Positions 11,504 through 24,280 of a DNA stretch of 64,000 nt are shown in pieces. The DNA lies in contig DF237294.1 in NCBI GenBank assembly GCA_000708835.1, forward strand, positions 1 through 64,000. The letters run 5' to 3'. The notes below the pieces were generated by a model that saw only the letters and a list, made by a program, of their open reading frames with translations, searched no databases and had not been told where the DNA came from. This DNA comes from Klebsormidium nitens. Lineage: Eukaryota; Plantae; Klebsormidiophyceae. The position numbers were made by a program, and so were the translations under genes. The number at the start of each line of letters is the position of its first letter. Within the stretch, counting starts at the first letter, position 1.

Positions 11504-14500
11504 ATGGACGGCTATGGCAGCCTGCGCGTGGCGGCCAGCCACAACGGCGTGAAAGTGTACAACATCTCGGGGGGCAAGAGCGTGCCGCAGTGGCTCTCGG
11601 AGAAGAAGCGGCGCGCGCTGCAGAAGGATGAGGGCTACCTGCGGCGCATCGAGCTCATCCAGGACCTGTCCTTTGACACGGCCGCCACGCGCGTCAAGGC
11701 CACCCCCGACAACAACTTCCTGGTGGTCTCCGGGGTGTACCCGCCGCAGGTCCGCGTGTACGAGTTCAGCCAGCTGTCCATGAAGTTTGAGCGCCACCTT
11801 GACTCGGAGATTGTGGACTTCCAGGTGCGGGTGCACCACCAAAACGCACCTTGTGCTTTACAGAGTTGCCCGGCTGGTTCCTGTCAGCTTTGCCAAGTTC
11901 CAGGTGGGGCTGGTGCTGTGTCGCGCTCCTTCTTGCTGACTATGACTCTTGACCGCACACTCCACAAATGATGAACGGGACCATCCGCTGGCTTGCTGTC
12001 TTGCAGGTCCTGGGCGATGACTACTCGAAGCTGGCGTTCCTGTGTGCGGATCGCACGCTGCAGTTCCACGCCCGCTTTGGCGCCTACTACAAGACGCGCA
12101 TCCCCAAGTTTGGCCGTGCGCTGACATACGACCGCTGGTCGTGCGACCTGCTGGCGGCGGCGTCGTCCCCCGAGGTGTACCGCCTGAACCTGGAGCAGGG
12201 CCGCTTCCTGGCGCCGCTCACCACGCGCTCCCCGGGGGTCAACGTCGTGGGGCGCAGCCCTGCGCACGGGCTTATTGCGTGCGGGGGCGAGGACGGTGCG
12301 CTGGAGTGCTTTGACCTGCGCTCGCGGCAGGCGGTGGGCAGGATTGACGCGGCAGGGCCTGCGGGGCCGGGGCAGCAGGTGACGGCGCTGCGCTTTGAGG
12401 AGCAGGACGGGCTGGCGCTCGCGGTGGGGACCAGCGGGGGGCAGGTGCGCAGCCAGCCAGCGCAACGGGCTCAGGAGGCCGGCAGCAGGCACACGGCCTT
12501 CTTTGCAGAACAAGTTGCACATCTTCTGTGTCAGCGCAGCCAGGAGCGCCAGCCTCTCATCTTCTTGACAACAACCAGGAAAGTTTCTACCTTGGCGAGG
12601 CTTTCTCAGCATCATATCTATCATCTTCCATAAGTGGTTGTACGTGTCCTGTCTCCCTTGCGTTGCCTTTGCCATGTCAGCTCGGTGCGTGCGGTGGGGC
12701 GCAGGTGCTGGTATACGACGTGCGGTCGTCGCGGCCGGTGCGCGTGAAGGACCACCTGTACGGCTGCCCCATTGTGGACATCAAGTACCACACTGCGCTC
12801 GCCAGCGGGCAGCGCCACATCATCTCCGCAGACACCAAGATTGCCAAAATCTGGGATCCTACAACTGTGAGCCTCGCTTCCGATCTGAAGACTCCTGTTT
12901 AAAATCTGCTCACGACTACCAAGGTCGTATTGCCCTGGTCAGGGCGCGCGGGACAGATAGGCAGTTCCTCATTTGCGGGTCAGCCTTTGTGGGGGCGAGT
13001 CAGGGCTGGGAGGCTGCCCCGGGCTTCCTGCCGTCTGCTGCCCGGTGCAGCCCGTCATCTCGTCATGGTGCCACGCGTGTGCTGACGCTGCTGCTGACGG
13101 CGGTGCGCAGGGCGACAACCTGAGCAGCATCGAGCCTGCCGGGGGCGACATTAATGACGTGTGCGTGCTGCGCGACAGCGGGCTCCTCCTGCTGGCGCTG
13201 GACGCGCCGCGCCTGCAGAACTACTTCATCCCCGCCTTGGGGCCCGCCCCGCGCTGGTGCTCCTTCCTTGACAACCTCACCGTGAGGGTTTCCGCCCCGT
13301 TGCAGTCCGTGTCATCCTCATTGCGCAGTCCCGTGCATATCTGCCCATTGAAAATGAGGTCTCGTTAAAATCTCCGCTAAAAGGCGAACACCGAAAGCTT
13401 GTGCGTGGTATTTCATTCAAAAGGCCACTGCTTGGAGATCGCCAGATCCGAATTCCAAGATTGACGGATATAGCTCTAAACGCTTTGCACTATTTCGGTC
13501 TAGAACACTTGTGTAGTCGGAATGGCAGGGCACGCAGAAAGCTTTACGTGACAGCCTGCTGCCTGCTTCGTTCCAACTTCGACTTGGCTGCCTGGTGTTT
13601 GAAGCATCGAGCGCATTACTTCCCTGGAAAAAGTCCCTTCTTAGAAGGATTCTGTTTGGTCGATCAGCGCCCCCTGCGAACCCCGTGGCCCGTTTTCCGT
13701 CATTTCGAAGGGCGTCCAGCCTCAGGGTGCCTGCTCGGGGGCCTGCGCGCATGCTCTGTGGTGCGCTGCGCTGGCGTATTCAGACTGGCGGTGCTGACGA
13801 GGTGGACGTGTGCGGGGGCTTGCAGGAGGAGCTAGAGGAGGCTGCGGGCGGCGGCGTGTACGAGGACTACAAGTTTGTGACGCGCGCCGAGCTGGCGACG
13901 CTGGGCCTGGCGCACCTGGTGGGGAGCAACCTGCTGCGCGCCTACATGCACGGCTTCTTCATCGACCACCGCCTCTACAACAAGGTCAGCGCACCCCCGA
14001 AGCGCGGCCAAGGCAGGCGAACCCTGATGAACCTAACTGCGTCAAGGCCGTCCGGTATCATACTTTGTTCCCGGAGTTGCGATTGCTGGCATGCTCATCA
14101 CAGGGGCTTGCCAAGGTGACTCGTGGTCTGTGAGGTAGAGCGTTGATGGATAAACCCTCAAGATGTTCGATTACGGGATTTTATCACGAGGTTCGGAGCC
14201 GAGGTGGATGCCAGTCGGGGCTTCAAGCCCGGCGCTGGTCCGGGCTGCGCGCTTGTCCCCTCGAATGCCCCGATCTTCTCTGACCTGTTGCGGGGCTGCT
14301 GTGCAGGCGAAGGACCTGGCGGATCCGTTTGCGTACGACCGCTACCGCGAGGAGCGCGTGCAGGCCAAGATTGACGCGGAGCGTGCCGCCAGGATCACGG
14401 TGAGCTCGCCACGCCGGGAGCAGAAATCGACAAATCTGTTGATTTCTGCGGTGCGGAAGCCGTTGGATGACTGGAGCGCTACAGCCTACCGGGTGGTTTT

Positions 14501-16307
14501 CAATACTTTGCTTGAAGACCAGGATTGCTTGCTCCTGTCAATGTACTCCTCTCCCTAATCTGCCGGCACTGCTGCCGCGGAGTGGTCCTGAGTCGCGGTG
14601 TGCTGCGCTGCGGTGCAGGTGAAGCGGCGGCTGCCCCGCGTGAACCCGGAGATGGCGGCGCGCCTGCTGCTGGACCAGGACGCGGCCACCGCCGCCAGCG
14701 ACGACGACGCGGGCGAGGCCGCGCGGGCGCCCGCCAGGAAGAAGGCCCGGGGCCTGCCCAGCCTGCTGGAGGACGACCGCTTTGCTGCACTCTTCAAGGA
14801 CCAGGTGCGCCGCGCAGCCTCGCACCTCCGGGATGCATATGCTCCGAATCAGTCTCCGCCAAAAAGCAACCCCGCGCCGCCCACCGAGGGGTGCGAGCTG
14901 TGAATTGCTCCCTTGGGGTGAAGGGGGTCTCACCAGACCCTGACCCCTACCACAGCCCTACTTCGATGGCCATTTGTAGCACTTTATCTTTTCTCGCTCA
15001 GAGAACCAGATTACCCGTTCTGCAGAAGTAGGTGACACTTGCAAGAGCCCATGCAAGCCACTTTTGAGGTCAGCGCCCCCGTTTGTCCCTGCCGCTGGTG
15101 CTTCCAGCCGCCGATTTCTCCTTTGCCACAACAACGTGCCCTGACGTGCCTTTCCGCGGCTCACCTTTGCTCTCGTTGGCGTGCGTGGCAGGCGTTCGCG
15201 GTCGACCCTGCGTCGGAGGAGTACCAGGCGCTGCACCCCAACGCGCCGGAGCGGCACGCCAAGGAGCGCGCGCTGCTCGAGGAGCACTTCCAGGACGTCG
15301 ACTCCGACGACGAGCCGCCTCGGGCGCAGCAAAGCGGCAGCGACACCGGCAGCGATGCGGGCAGCGAGCCGGAGGAGGACGTGCGCAGAAGCAAGAGCAA
15401 AAGGGCGGGAGAGGGCAAAGCGGCGTCGCAAGAGGGGCCCAGGTGAGGGAGAAACACAAAGACAGCCGACGTGAGGGGCTGGCAGGATCGCACCGGCTTA
15501 GTAGCCGGCTCAGCGGCCGGCTCCGTCTTATTCTTTGGGCGGGAATGCTGATGTCTGACGACTTCTTCAGTACATCAGAGCCGGGACAAGAAGTGAACAC
15601 CCCCTTTTGTCTTCTCGTCAATGACATAATCGGCTCCACTGCCCTCGAGGGCTGTACCTCTGAGGCGCAAAGGCTATGGCCGTTCGGAGAGAGCACTGCC
15701 AGGCTGCTTGGCAGTTCCTCTGTGGTATTGTTCACCGTATGGGCCGCCCATGGTCGAGTTGGACAGGGACTGCGCCAGGCTCTACCCCGTGCAGGACTTC
15801 TTGCACGCGTTGGGATGCTCCGGGAAAAGAAGAGGGCCCTCCTCGCACCAGCCTCGGCGTGCGCAACTGGTGCGCCATGCCTGGCCTGGCTAGCGGCTCG
15901 CTGACGCTCTGCCTGTGCGCGTGTGCTCCAGGATGTACGAGGTGCGGGACGAGCGGCACGCGGCCGCCTTCCTCCGGGGGCAGTCGTTGGCCGCGGCAGC
16001 CAATGAGACGCTGGGGGAGCGGGTGGCGCGGCAGCAAGCGGACGCAGCGGCAGGGCCGGGCGCGAGAGTGGGGGGCAGCCGCGAGACAACGTTTGTGGCG
16101 CGCACCAAAGACGATGGGGAGCTGCGGGGAAAGGGGCTGGGGCGGGAGGAGGGCGGGGACAGAAACCGACGGCAGGGCCAGCGGGGGGTCAAGGCGCTCA
16201 AGCTTCCAGGGGATCGGGGCAGGGGGCGGGGAAGGGGGCGGGGAGGGGGGCGGGGCGGGGGTCGGGGAGGAGGGGGAAGAGGCGGGGGAAGGAAAGGCAG
16301 GAGATGA
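11504..16307 (+). CDS. NOL10: Nucleolar protein 10 (Enp2 / NOL10), 9 exons
   Basis: Exons 11504-11824, 12007-12444, 12705-12866, 13111-13281, 13826-13984, 14307-14399, 14619-14804, 15192-15442, 15932-16307, all GT-AG and in phase. Motifs include GVKVYNISGGK, IELIQD, GVYPPQVRVYE..LSMKFERH, LGPAPRWCSFLDNLTEELE, YEDYKFVT, YMHGFFID and an RG-rich tail. Confidence 0.96.
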
Positions 16308-17142
16308 TCTGATGATGCACCAGTTGCATTCTTCAAAGTCCGTATGTCACAAGAGACGATGTGCTGATGCAGTAACAGGTCGGTATTGCTCATGGAAAGC
16401 GCGTGGAACGGTGGGGCAGAGACTCGCCGACCAAAATTCGCTCCGAGACATAGCTGTTCGACGCCACTCATCTGGCCAATGGTTAAGGAACGTTTATCCG
16501 GCCAGACGTTCTTGCAATTCCTCATAAATTCCCTTGGTTACTCGTATTGGAGGAGTCATTCACTAAAAACCTTATCAGTCGTGCTGGTGTTTTGTTTAGC
16601 CAATCTGTCGGCCGCGGAGCTGAAAGGCAGCCATGCATTGAAAGCGTACAATTCTTTTCACATTGTAGAAAAATAATTCCGCTGTTTGCCGCGCCGCAAA
16701 GGAAGGTTCACAAATTCCTTCGCATATTCCATGTCAGGACTGAAAGGCTAGACTTAACCGACTAAACGATGAGTGAGTCCAACATGTAGCGACCATGATG
16801 TTCGAGCAGCGACGTGGATCGAAGATTTTGCACATGGTGATAGGCGTCGTCGACTCAACTCTAGGCCTGGCCTCCCATGCTCATCCCTTGGGTGGATTTT
16901 CGACGAGCTCTTGTGTTTCAACCACCACTTATTGGCCGCCTTGGTACCCCCTCAGCCGTTTTGCCAGGAGCCATCGTACACGGTTTGGATTCAACCACGT
17001 GGCAGGAAGATAACTATGATCGATATCCCCGGCCTGCCGCAGAGGCAGCTATATGGCAAGTTCGACAAAAATGCAATGCAACTTTCTCCGGACAAAATTT
17101 GCAATAAGTGAGTACTACCATTTGAGCTGAGCATGACATCAA

Positions 17143-17181
17143 AGGCTTCTATCGGATCATGCACAGGCTTCTATCGGATCA
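17143..17181 (+). repeat. 17-bp direct repeat
   Basis: AGGCTTCTATCGGATCA at 17143-17159 and 17165-17181. Confidence 0.85.
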
Positions 17182-18912
17182 CGAGGTTATTTACCCAATT
17201 ATGTTAAGCAGATTTCATTTTAAAACGTTTTACTGTAGTTGTTTTGCCGTTTTAAAACAGGGGATATTTTCGCGATAAGCTAATTGCTTTCAATCTCGAT
17301 GGATGGTTTGTGCACGAAAATCAAGAAAAGCCTATAAATTCTAAATAAAAACCTAAAACGTCTTTGAGGCACGGGCGAAGCAAGCCAAATGGGGTGTTTT
17401 ACTCCGCACATGACATCTTTCGATGTTTTAAACGGGAGTTGCAACCCCGGGGGAAAATGAGGAACTTCGGAACACTGGCACGCGACAGAAGAGCCTTAGC
17501 TAGTGAGAGACCCGTGAGAGGATCGGACTTGGGGTGAGTCCGAGTCCATTAGTACTGTACAGTGAAGTGACAGTGAAGACGTGGTGAAGATGCCGGAGTC
17601 CGACGTCCGCCATGTCACAGGGGTATCCTAACTGATATGTCCAAATGGACAACGCAGAACTGCTGTATACGCGCTAGGTTGGGAACAAGGCAACTCCTTC
17701 CTAACCGCACACAGCCGGCATAACTTCATTCATGCCTGCCAGGCGCCATCCATGCTGCAAACCGGAGTGCCAAGTTGATTGAGGTATCCCATGCACCCCC
17801 CATGCATTGCTGAAAGATGTGTCAGGGATGTGTCACACAGTCAGACTACGATGAGTTCAGCCGATATCAGAATGCAATGAACCTGCATTGTGCAAAGGTG
17901 ACATATGACCCGGCTTCGAGCTCCAGTCAGTTTCATGCCCATTGCCAATTGCCAATTCGCTTGCATGCGGTGCCTCAATGAAGACATAGGTACCTAGGTA
18001 GGTAGGTACCAAAGGCTGTAGCTACGGTAGATACCTACTCAGTACTGCATGGCCGCGGCCACGGTACCGGTCGGCGGTAACGCAGTGCAGCCCACGGGTT
18101 TCTACGTTACAAATGAGATACCGGTACCTAGTACCAGCCCAGTGGCGCTGATATAGGGGACCTATCACCGTCACCTATGGCCCCGGCTACCGTAGTGGCA
18201 CAAGCTTATCACACCACGCTGTTTTGAACAATTACTTTCTTTCACATCCTTGTTATCAGGACCCATGTTCAAAGTCTCAAACCAAGCCTTAACCAGACAA
18301 TTCTTTGCTCCATAGGTATACCCTATACGGTAGTTTGGCAAAGTTTATACACAAGGCCAAAAATGTTGTATTTCTGGTGCGAAAAGGTCGTGCCACTTAG
18401 TACGGGTGGGTAGGTAGGTTCTGCGGTAGGTACCTTTGAAAAGATGCGGCATCTTGGGATTTGGTCGCTCCCGACAGTGCTCAGAATTTGCCCCCTAGAG
18501 TCTAGAGTCAAGGCTAGACGTCTAGACCTAGCCTGGACTCGCAGTTCGCAGGCTGTGAAATGCGCAACAGGCTGGTCATCATGCACACCTAGGTAGAAAC
18601 CATGGGGCACATTGTCGTGCAGGCGTCAGGATCTCGAAGCGGCTCCAGGTTTTCTGTTCCAGCTGATACTACTGTAGTAGGTAGCTCTGCGCTCTGCATG
18701 GGGCAGACAAGATGCAGAGGCGCTGGTCATTGTGGATGATGATGGATCGTCGGTGGTGGCCAGCTTGAGGGGCTGTGCTGGATGCCAGCTGATCAGTGCC
18801 TGCACAATGACTGAGGGGAGCGGAAGGAAGAGGTGGCCGTATCATGAGCTGCTGCAATGTGTTGATTGAGGTGTGATCTGAGTCCGCATTCTTCTGTGAT
18901 CTGCATCTTGCC

Positions 18913-21900
18913 ATGGTCCTTGGACTGTCGCTGCCAAGCCGGCCTGGGGACCACATGCCTGTCCCGCACGGGGATATGGAAGCAGGCAGCTTGCCTGCCA
19001 CACAGGCAGTGCAACAAGGGGACTGCGCTCTTGCTGGCAAGCACGTCGACGGGTGGGAGCAGCACCGTGGAGCAGCTGCGCCTGAGGCTGAGGAGCTGGC
19101 GGATCTGCCTGCCAACTCTGTGTCAGGTGCGTGCAAGCAGGAGGCTGAGCAACAAGAATGTCAGCTGCTGCGCTCGGGTGCAGCTCAGGAGTGGCAGCCT
19201 GTAGAGCGGGTGGCAACAAGACAATCATAATTTTCAAATGTCGTTGAGCTGCCAAAGTGGCAAGTTGACAAAGACTTTGTGTAGGATGCTGTTCCTCAAA
19301 TTCTCTTGGTGAAGGCTCATGGGTCCTCAACACTGATTCAAGATCAGACAGGCGGGCTGGCCCTTCCTGATGTGGCCTGCAGCCTGGCTGCGATGCACAT
19401 GGGGAGAGCTCGTGCTGCCTTGAAACAATTGCCCCTTTTTTGAGCGAGCGAGCTTCTGACCAGATTATGTTCACTTTCTTGTTCCAGCATGAGGCAGCAC
19501 AGCCCCCGTAACACCTTTCAGCACTGCCTCCTTTGCTTGCAACCATTTCGCCCCGAATTGCTGTGTGAGAGACTTTGCTCTCAGGCGTGGGCCTGGTGTC
19601 AGGTGTCTTATTGCCAGCCAGCAATGCCGACATGCTGACCTCATTTTGTGCAGACTGTCTGCTGAGCAAGGACAGGGACGATGGGTGTGATGTTGTGGAG
19701 CGGGAGCGCGTGTGGCGCAAGCTGAGCTGGGCCATTGTGTTGTGCTGCCTCTTCATGGGGATCGAGGTGGTGGGAGGTAGGGGCCCCCCCTGCCGCCGAC
19801 CACGACCCTTCCCCTCTTGTACCCCTGACCTCATATCGGCGCTTCCCCCTTGGCATTGCCTTTTCCTTTGGTCGGGTCCCTCTAGTTTTTGTCGTGGCCG
19901 CAGCCCTGACCCCAGCTGCGTACCGCGGGTGGAAGGGCGATGTTCTGGTGGCCCTGCCACTGGCTGCCCTTCTCAGCATGGGCCTCTGTACTTCTGTGGC
20001 AAGCCACAAGTCAGAGACTCGTGTGAACACTGGATGTCCACGCCCAAGAGATCAGCCTTTAGACGGTTCTTCGTCCAACGCCTCGTCCAGCTCACATACT
20101 GGAGAAACTGAGACATCGAAATTCAAATGTGCAGCCTCCAAAAGCACAGAGGTGCGATGCTCATTTTCTTTGCGCTTCAAGTCCTGTCCAAGTCATCCAT
20201 ATCAGAACGATGTCAATATGTGATGTTTGTTTGGATCTCTTTTGGCTTCAGTTCCAGCGCCGGCTGTCATATCATCCACGACAGCCCGTTCAAACATTGC
20301 GTCAGTGCGTAGTGTGTGTCAGTGCGTAGTGTGTGTCAGTGCGTCAGTTGTGTCCTCATGGGCATCACTGCACTGGATTGCGCGTGCTCAATGCCCACAT
20401 CCACACATTCCTGACCTTCGAAGCTTGTAGTCTTACGCGCTGCATGAGTTTGCGGACACATCTTGAGAGATGGGTAGCTCTTGCCCCCAGCTTGCTTGGC
20501 AATCCAGGCTACCCCCGAGTTTTGACTGAACTTTGCACTGACGAGATTGGGTGGTCCAACAGATTGGTGCCCCTGAGCCGGGGCCACAAGGCTTCACTAT
20601 GCTGTGTAAAGCATAGTGATCCTGACGCTAATCCTCGTGTGTGCGCGTGCAGGCGTGTTGTCCAACAGCCTGGCCATCTTGACGGATGCAGCACACCTGC
20701 TCTCCGACGTCGCAGGTGAGTGCCTACCCCCCTCCGCTGCCCCAGGAAGCCTGTCCCTGCCTGTCGGGGGGGCAAGCCTGGTGCCCAGGAAAGAGCAGCC
20801 GGCCGCAGCTGGTCTTGACAGGCAGAACGAGTTTGCTGAACAAACTTGCCGCCCAGAAGCAGTGACGCCGGACGTGATGGCCCTCGGCAGTTGGTTGTTG
20901 TTGATTGTAATTGTGCCCGCCCCCTCCTCTGACTGTTGGCCCTGTTCCTGGCGCAGGCTTTGCGCTGTCCCTGTTTGCGCTGTGGGGTGCTAGCTGGCGG
21001 CCCACACGGCGGCACTCATATGGGTACCAGCGCATGGAGATTTTGGGTGCCCTGGCCTCTGTGCTCATGACCTGGGCCATCACTGGCTTCATCATTGTGG
21101 AGGCCATCACCAGGTGAGACCGCCGCGGCAAGCAGAGGGACGGGGGTTGACTGTCCGCCTTGTCCGCCCACGAGATACTCTCATCTTTCAAGGCTTGGTG
21201 TCCACTTATAAAGTCAAGGACTCTGAGATGCCTTGGGAGAAGGTTGGTTAGGATGGACTACAGCTCTGTATTCTCCCTGCCAGCCTCCTCAGAGTTGGCA
21301 GCACCAGGGCCTCAAAGCACCTGGCAGCCTGTCCCAAGTGGTGGGCACTGCGGAGGTGTCCCGACGGACCTGCGTGCTGCCCTGCCATTCCTGCCTGCCC
21401 TCCTGCTCCCGGTTCTGACCCTGGGTTGCCCCCTGCTGTTGTGCGCGCAGGCTGCTGTACAGCGCCGAGGATGTGAACGGGCGCGTCATGTTCTTGACGG
21501 CCACCTTTGGTGTGGCGGTCAATGTGGCCATGGCGGTCCTGCTGTCGGAGCACCACTCGCACGGCCTGCCCGGCCAAGCGTGCAGCCACGGGCACGATCA
21601 CGCCCACGCGCATGCGGTGGACAGCTATGCGGGACCGCCCTCGCCCAACAAGCCTGTGCGTACTGGGTATGCTGTGCTGGAGAACACCGAGGAGCCCACC
21701 TCAGAGAAGGATTCCTTTGTGGAGATGGCGTCGGTGGTGCTGCCCGCTGCCGATGGCATCGCGGGCCAGGACGTGGCCGTGGTCGTGCACCGCCATGACA
21801 ACCATGGGACAGAGCCAGCGGCGGACCATGGTGTACAAAAGGCCCTCACGTCAGCTGGACAAGCGTGCACAGGGCACCACTCCGAGGGCCACCGGCACGA

Positions 21901-23303
21901 GCACCCCCCCAGCGCTGGCCCGCCTAGCTCGAAAGCCGGCCAGGGCGACCTCAGCAGCGCAACAGCGGAGGGTCCTGCGGGCCAGCACTCCCCGCATACG
22001 CATTCTCACCAGCACCAGCAGCACACCGGTTGCGAGGCTGGGCATGGTACAGCGGCGCACCACAGCCACGCCCATCCCCCAGTCCAACCGCACTCTCACC
22101 ACCACCACCCCCATCCGCATTCCCACTTCCATTCATGTGGCCACAAGGAGCCGGCCAAGGGGCACGGCCACAGGGAGGCTCCAGCGTCTGCCGCGACGGA
22201 GGCCCCGGATTGCCACAACTGCAGCGACGCGGATGCGTTCACGCCGCTCTTCAGCCCGCTGCAGCTCCTGTCGGATGCCCCCGCGTACCTGGCAGGCAAG
22301 CTGGACCCGTCCTTCTCGCCAAGCGAGGGCCCTGGGGGGGCCCATGTACATAGTAGCGGGGGGTGTAAGGGGGCCCACGGGCACACCCCTCGGAAGCAGA
22401 ACATCAACCTGCGGGGCGCGTTTGTGCACGTGGTGGGGGACCTGGTGCAGTCGGTGGGGGTCATGGTGGCGGGCGCCATCATCTGGGCCAGGCCCGACTG
22501 GTGAGCCCCCTGCTGCAAATATGCATATTGCAAAAGCCACTACTCTCAAGCTCAAGTCCTTAGAATGAGAGGTCGCCCCAAGCTCGAGTCCTTAATATGA
22601 GAGGTCGCTTTGCGGGCTGCTGCAGGATCTGCCCACCTTCCAACGGTTTTCTCGGTGCAGCTAGCGCTTGTGCTCCATTGCAAGCTCGCTGCCCTGTCTC
22701 CCCCACCCGGAGACAGGGCCGGCCCCAAGCTGCCGCCTGGGCGCCTTTTCCCTGGGCTGCGGCCGTCCTTGCATTTTCGCAGAGGGCCAGCGCGGTGCTC
22801 GGGCTGACCGGCGGTTGTGTGTGGCAGGCGCGCGGTGGACCTGGCGTGTACGTTCCTGTTCAGCACGCTGGTGGTGGGGACGACCGTGAAGATGGTGCGC
22901 GACATTGTGGAGATCCTGATGGAGGCCACACCACACGACGTGGACGCCGACGCACTCGAGGCCGCCCTGCAGAAGCTGGACGGGGTGCGCGGGGTGCACC
23001 GCCTGCACGTCTGGGCGCTCTCAGTTGGGAAGAACGCGCTGACGTGCCACGTGGCAGCGAAGCAGGGCGCGGACACAAGAAAGGTGAGCCGCGCGGACGA
23101 GGAGCGGTCGTAGGGATGTCCTGGCCCGTGCTGCTGAGATTCATCTCGGCTCCTCATCTTGTTTCCGTGAGCTGCTTCGAATTTCTCTGTCAGCTTCTGA
23201 TAAGTAGTTGCCTTGCTCTTTGGTGCAGGTTCTTAGGGAGGCTTCAGAATTGTGCAGCTCTATTTATAAGATCGACCATGTGACCATTCAAATTGAAAGC
23301 TGA
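18913..23303 (+). CDS. Cation diffusion facilitator, Zn-CDF (plant MTP1-4 / ZnT2 type), with a very long His-rich loop
   Basis: Exons 18913-19126 (first exon tentative), 19654-19776, 20653-20715, 20957-21113, 21451-22500, 22828-23083, 23229-23303. Motifs: SNSLAILTDAAHLLSDVAGF, SYGYQRMEILGAL, NINLRGAFVHVVGDLVQSVGV, VHRLHVWAL..GK and HVTIQIE. Confidence 0.93.
20301..20344 (+). repeat. Intronic 17-bp tandem repeat (~2.6 copies)
   Basis: GTCAGTGCGTAGTGTGT units start at 20301, 20318 and 20335. Confidence 0.85.
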
Positions 23304-24223
23304 GTCCGCTCATAGCGGGCGACCTTGCAAAAGCATCGCGGAATCACGGAGACTTTTGAGCTTGCTTCTGAAGGAGAGGGAAAAGATCAGTCGATAGTAT
23401 CATTGCTTGAAACGCAATGGGCGAAGATCCAGGTCGTTGGTTACGAAAAAGTTATTATACCAAGTACGCCCATGTGCAACCATGTGCTAGAGCACCTGTG
23501 GACTCGAAGTTTTAAGCTTGCACGCAATTCATATCAGATATGGTCCTTCGTTGCACACAGTTGTCGAAAACGCCGGCAACGGTGAAGCGCAAATTCTAGT
23601 GAACGCATCCACAGAAGGAACTCATGGAGTGCCCATGGCTCTTGCTGAATATCACCAAATCTACATAGATACATGTCACAATTGCAGACTGACTATGAAT
23701 CACTGATTGGATTGCGATGTAACTCCTGTATAGGTCCTAGCTTGATAACAATCGTCATGACCTATGATGACCACCATTGTTCATATCGATAATGTTGTTA
23801 TAAGCGCGCAATTGTTAAAAATTTGACATTACAGATTCACAATAAATATACCGCACATTGCGTTGACATCGGGGAACACACCATGTGGTGAGAATTATCG
23901 ACCGTCCTATAAGATCGGCTTGTGCATATGCATAAAGCCCTCAGATTCCTATGGCGCCAGATTCACCTAGTAAACCTCAGTATAGCCCGCTGATTCGTAT
24001 AATTGTTATTGTTTGATTAGCGTCGGTTCGGAGCCGTGATCGGCTAAGTCGACGATTGTCCTATTACGCTAGCTCGCTTATCTAAAGCAAGATGCACGAA
24101 TTTACCTACCACATATGTGTCCTGCAAGTAAAGAAAAGCTTTCAAGTCTCTATTTCGTCTGTCCTCGAATAGAAACTGAAAGGTCGTTCGAATGTCACTA
24201 TAACCCGAGCAATCATATACAAA

Positions 24224-24280
24224 ATGACTCTCCGTCTCTATATGACTCTCTATGACTCTATATGACTCTCCGTCTCTATA
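24224..24280 (+). repeat. Short compound tandem repeat
   Basis: ATGACTCTCCGTCTCTATA twice, with two shorter TATGACTCT units between them. Confidence 0.8.

Noticed and set aside
11960-14290. C-box-like TGATGA motifs in NOL10 introns (11969, 14026) as possible snoRNAs
   Set aside because: No suitably spaced D box (CTGA) with a terminal stem.
16210-16307. RGG/G-quadruplex-like tail of NOL10
   Set aside because: RG-rich C-termini are common in nucleolar proteins, including plant NOL10 homologs as I recall, so it is not unusual.
16547-17111. Short ORFs downstream of NOL10
   Set aside because: No motifs, no consistent splice structure and no GC3 bias.
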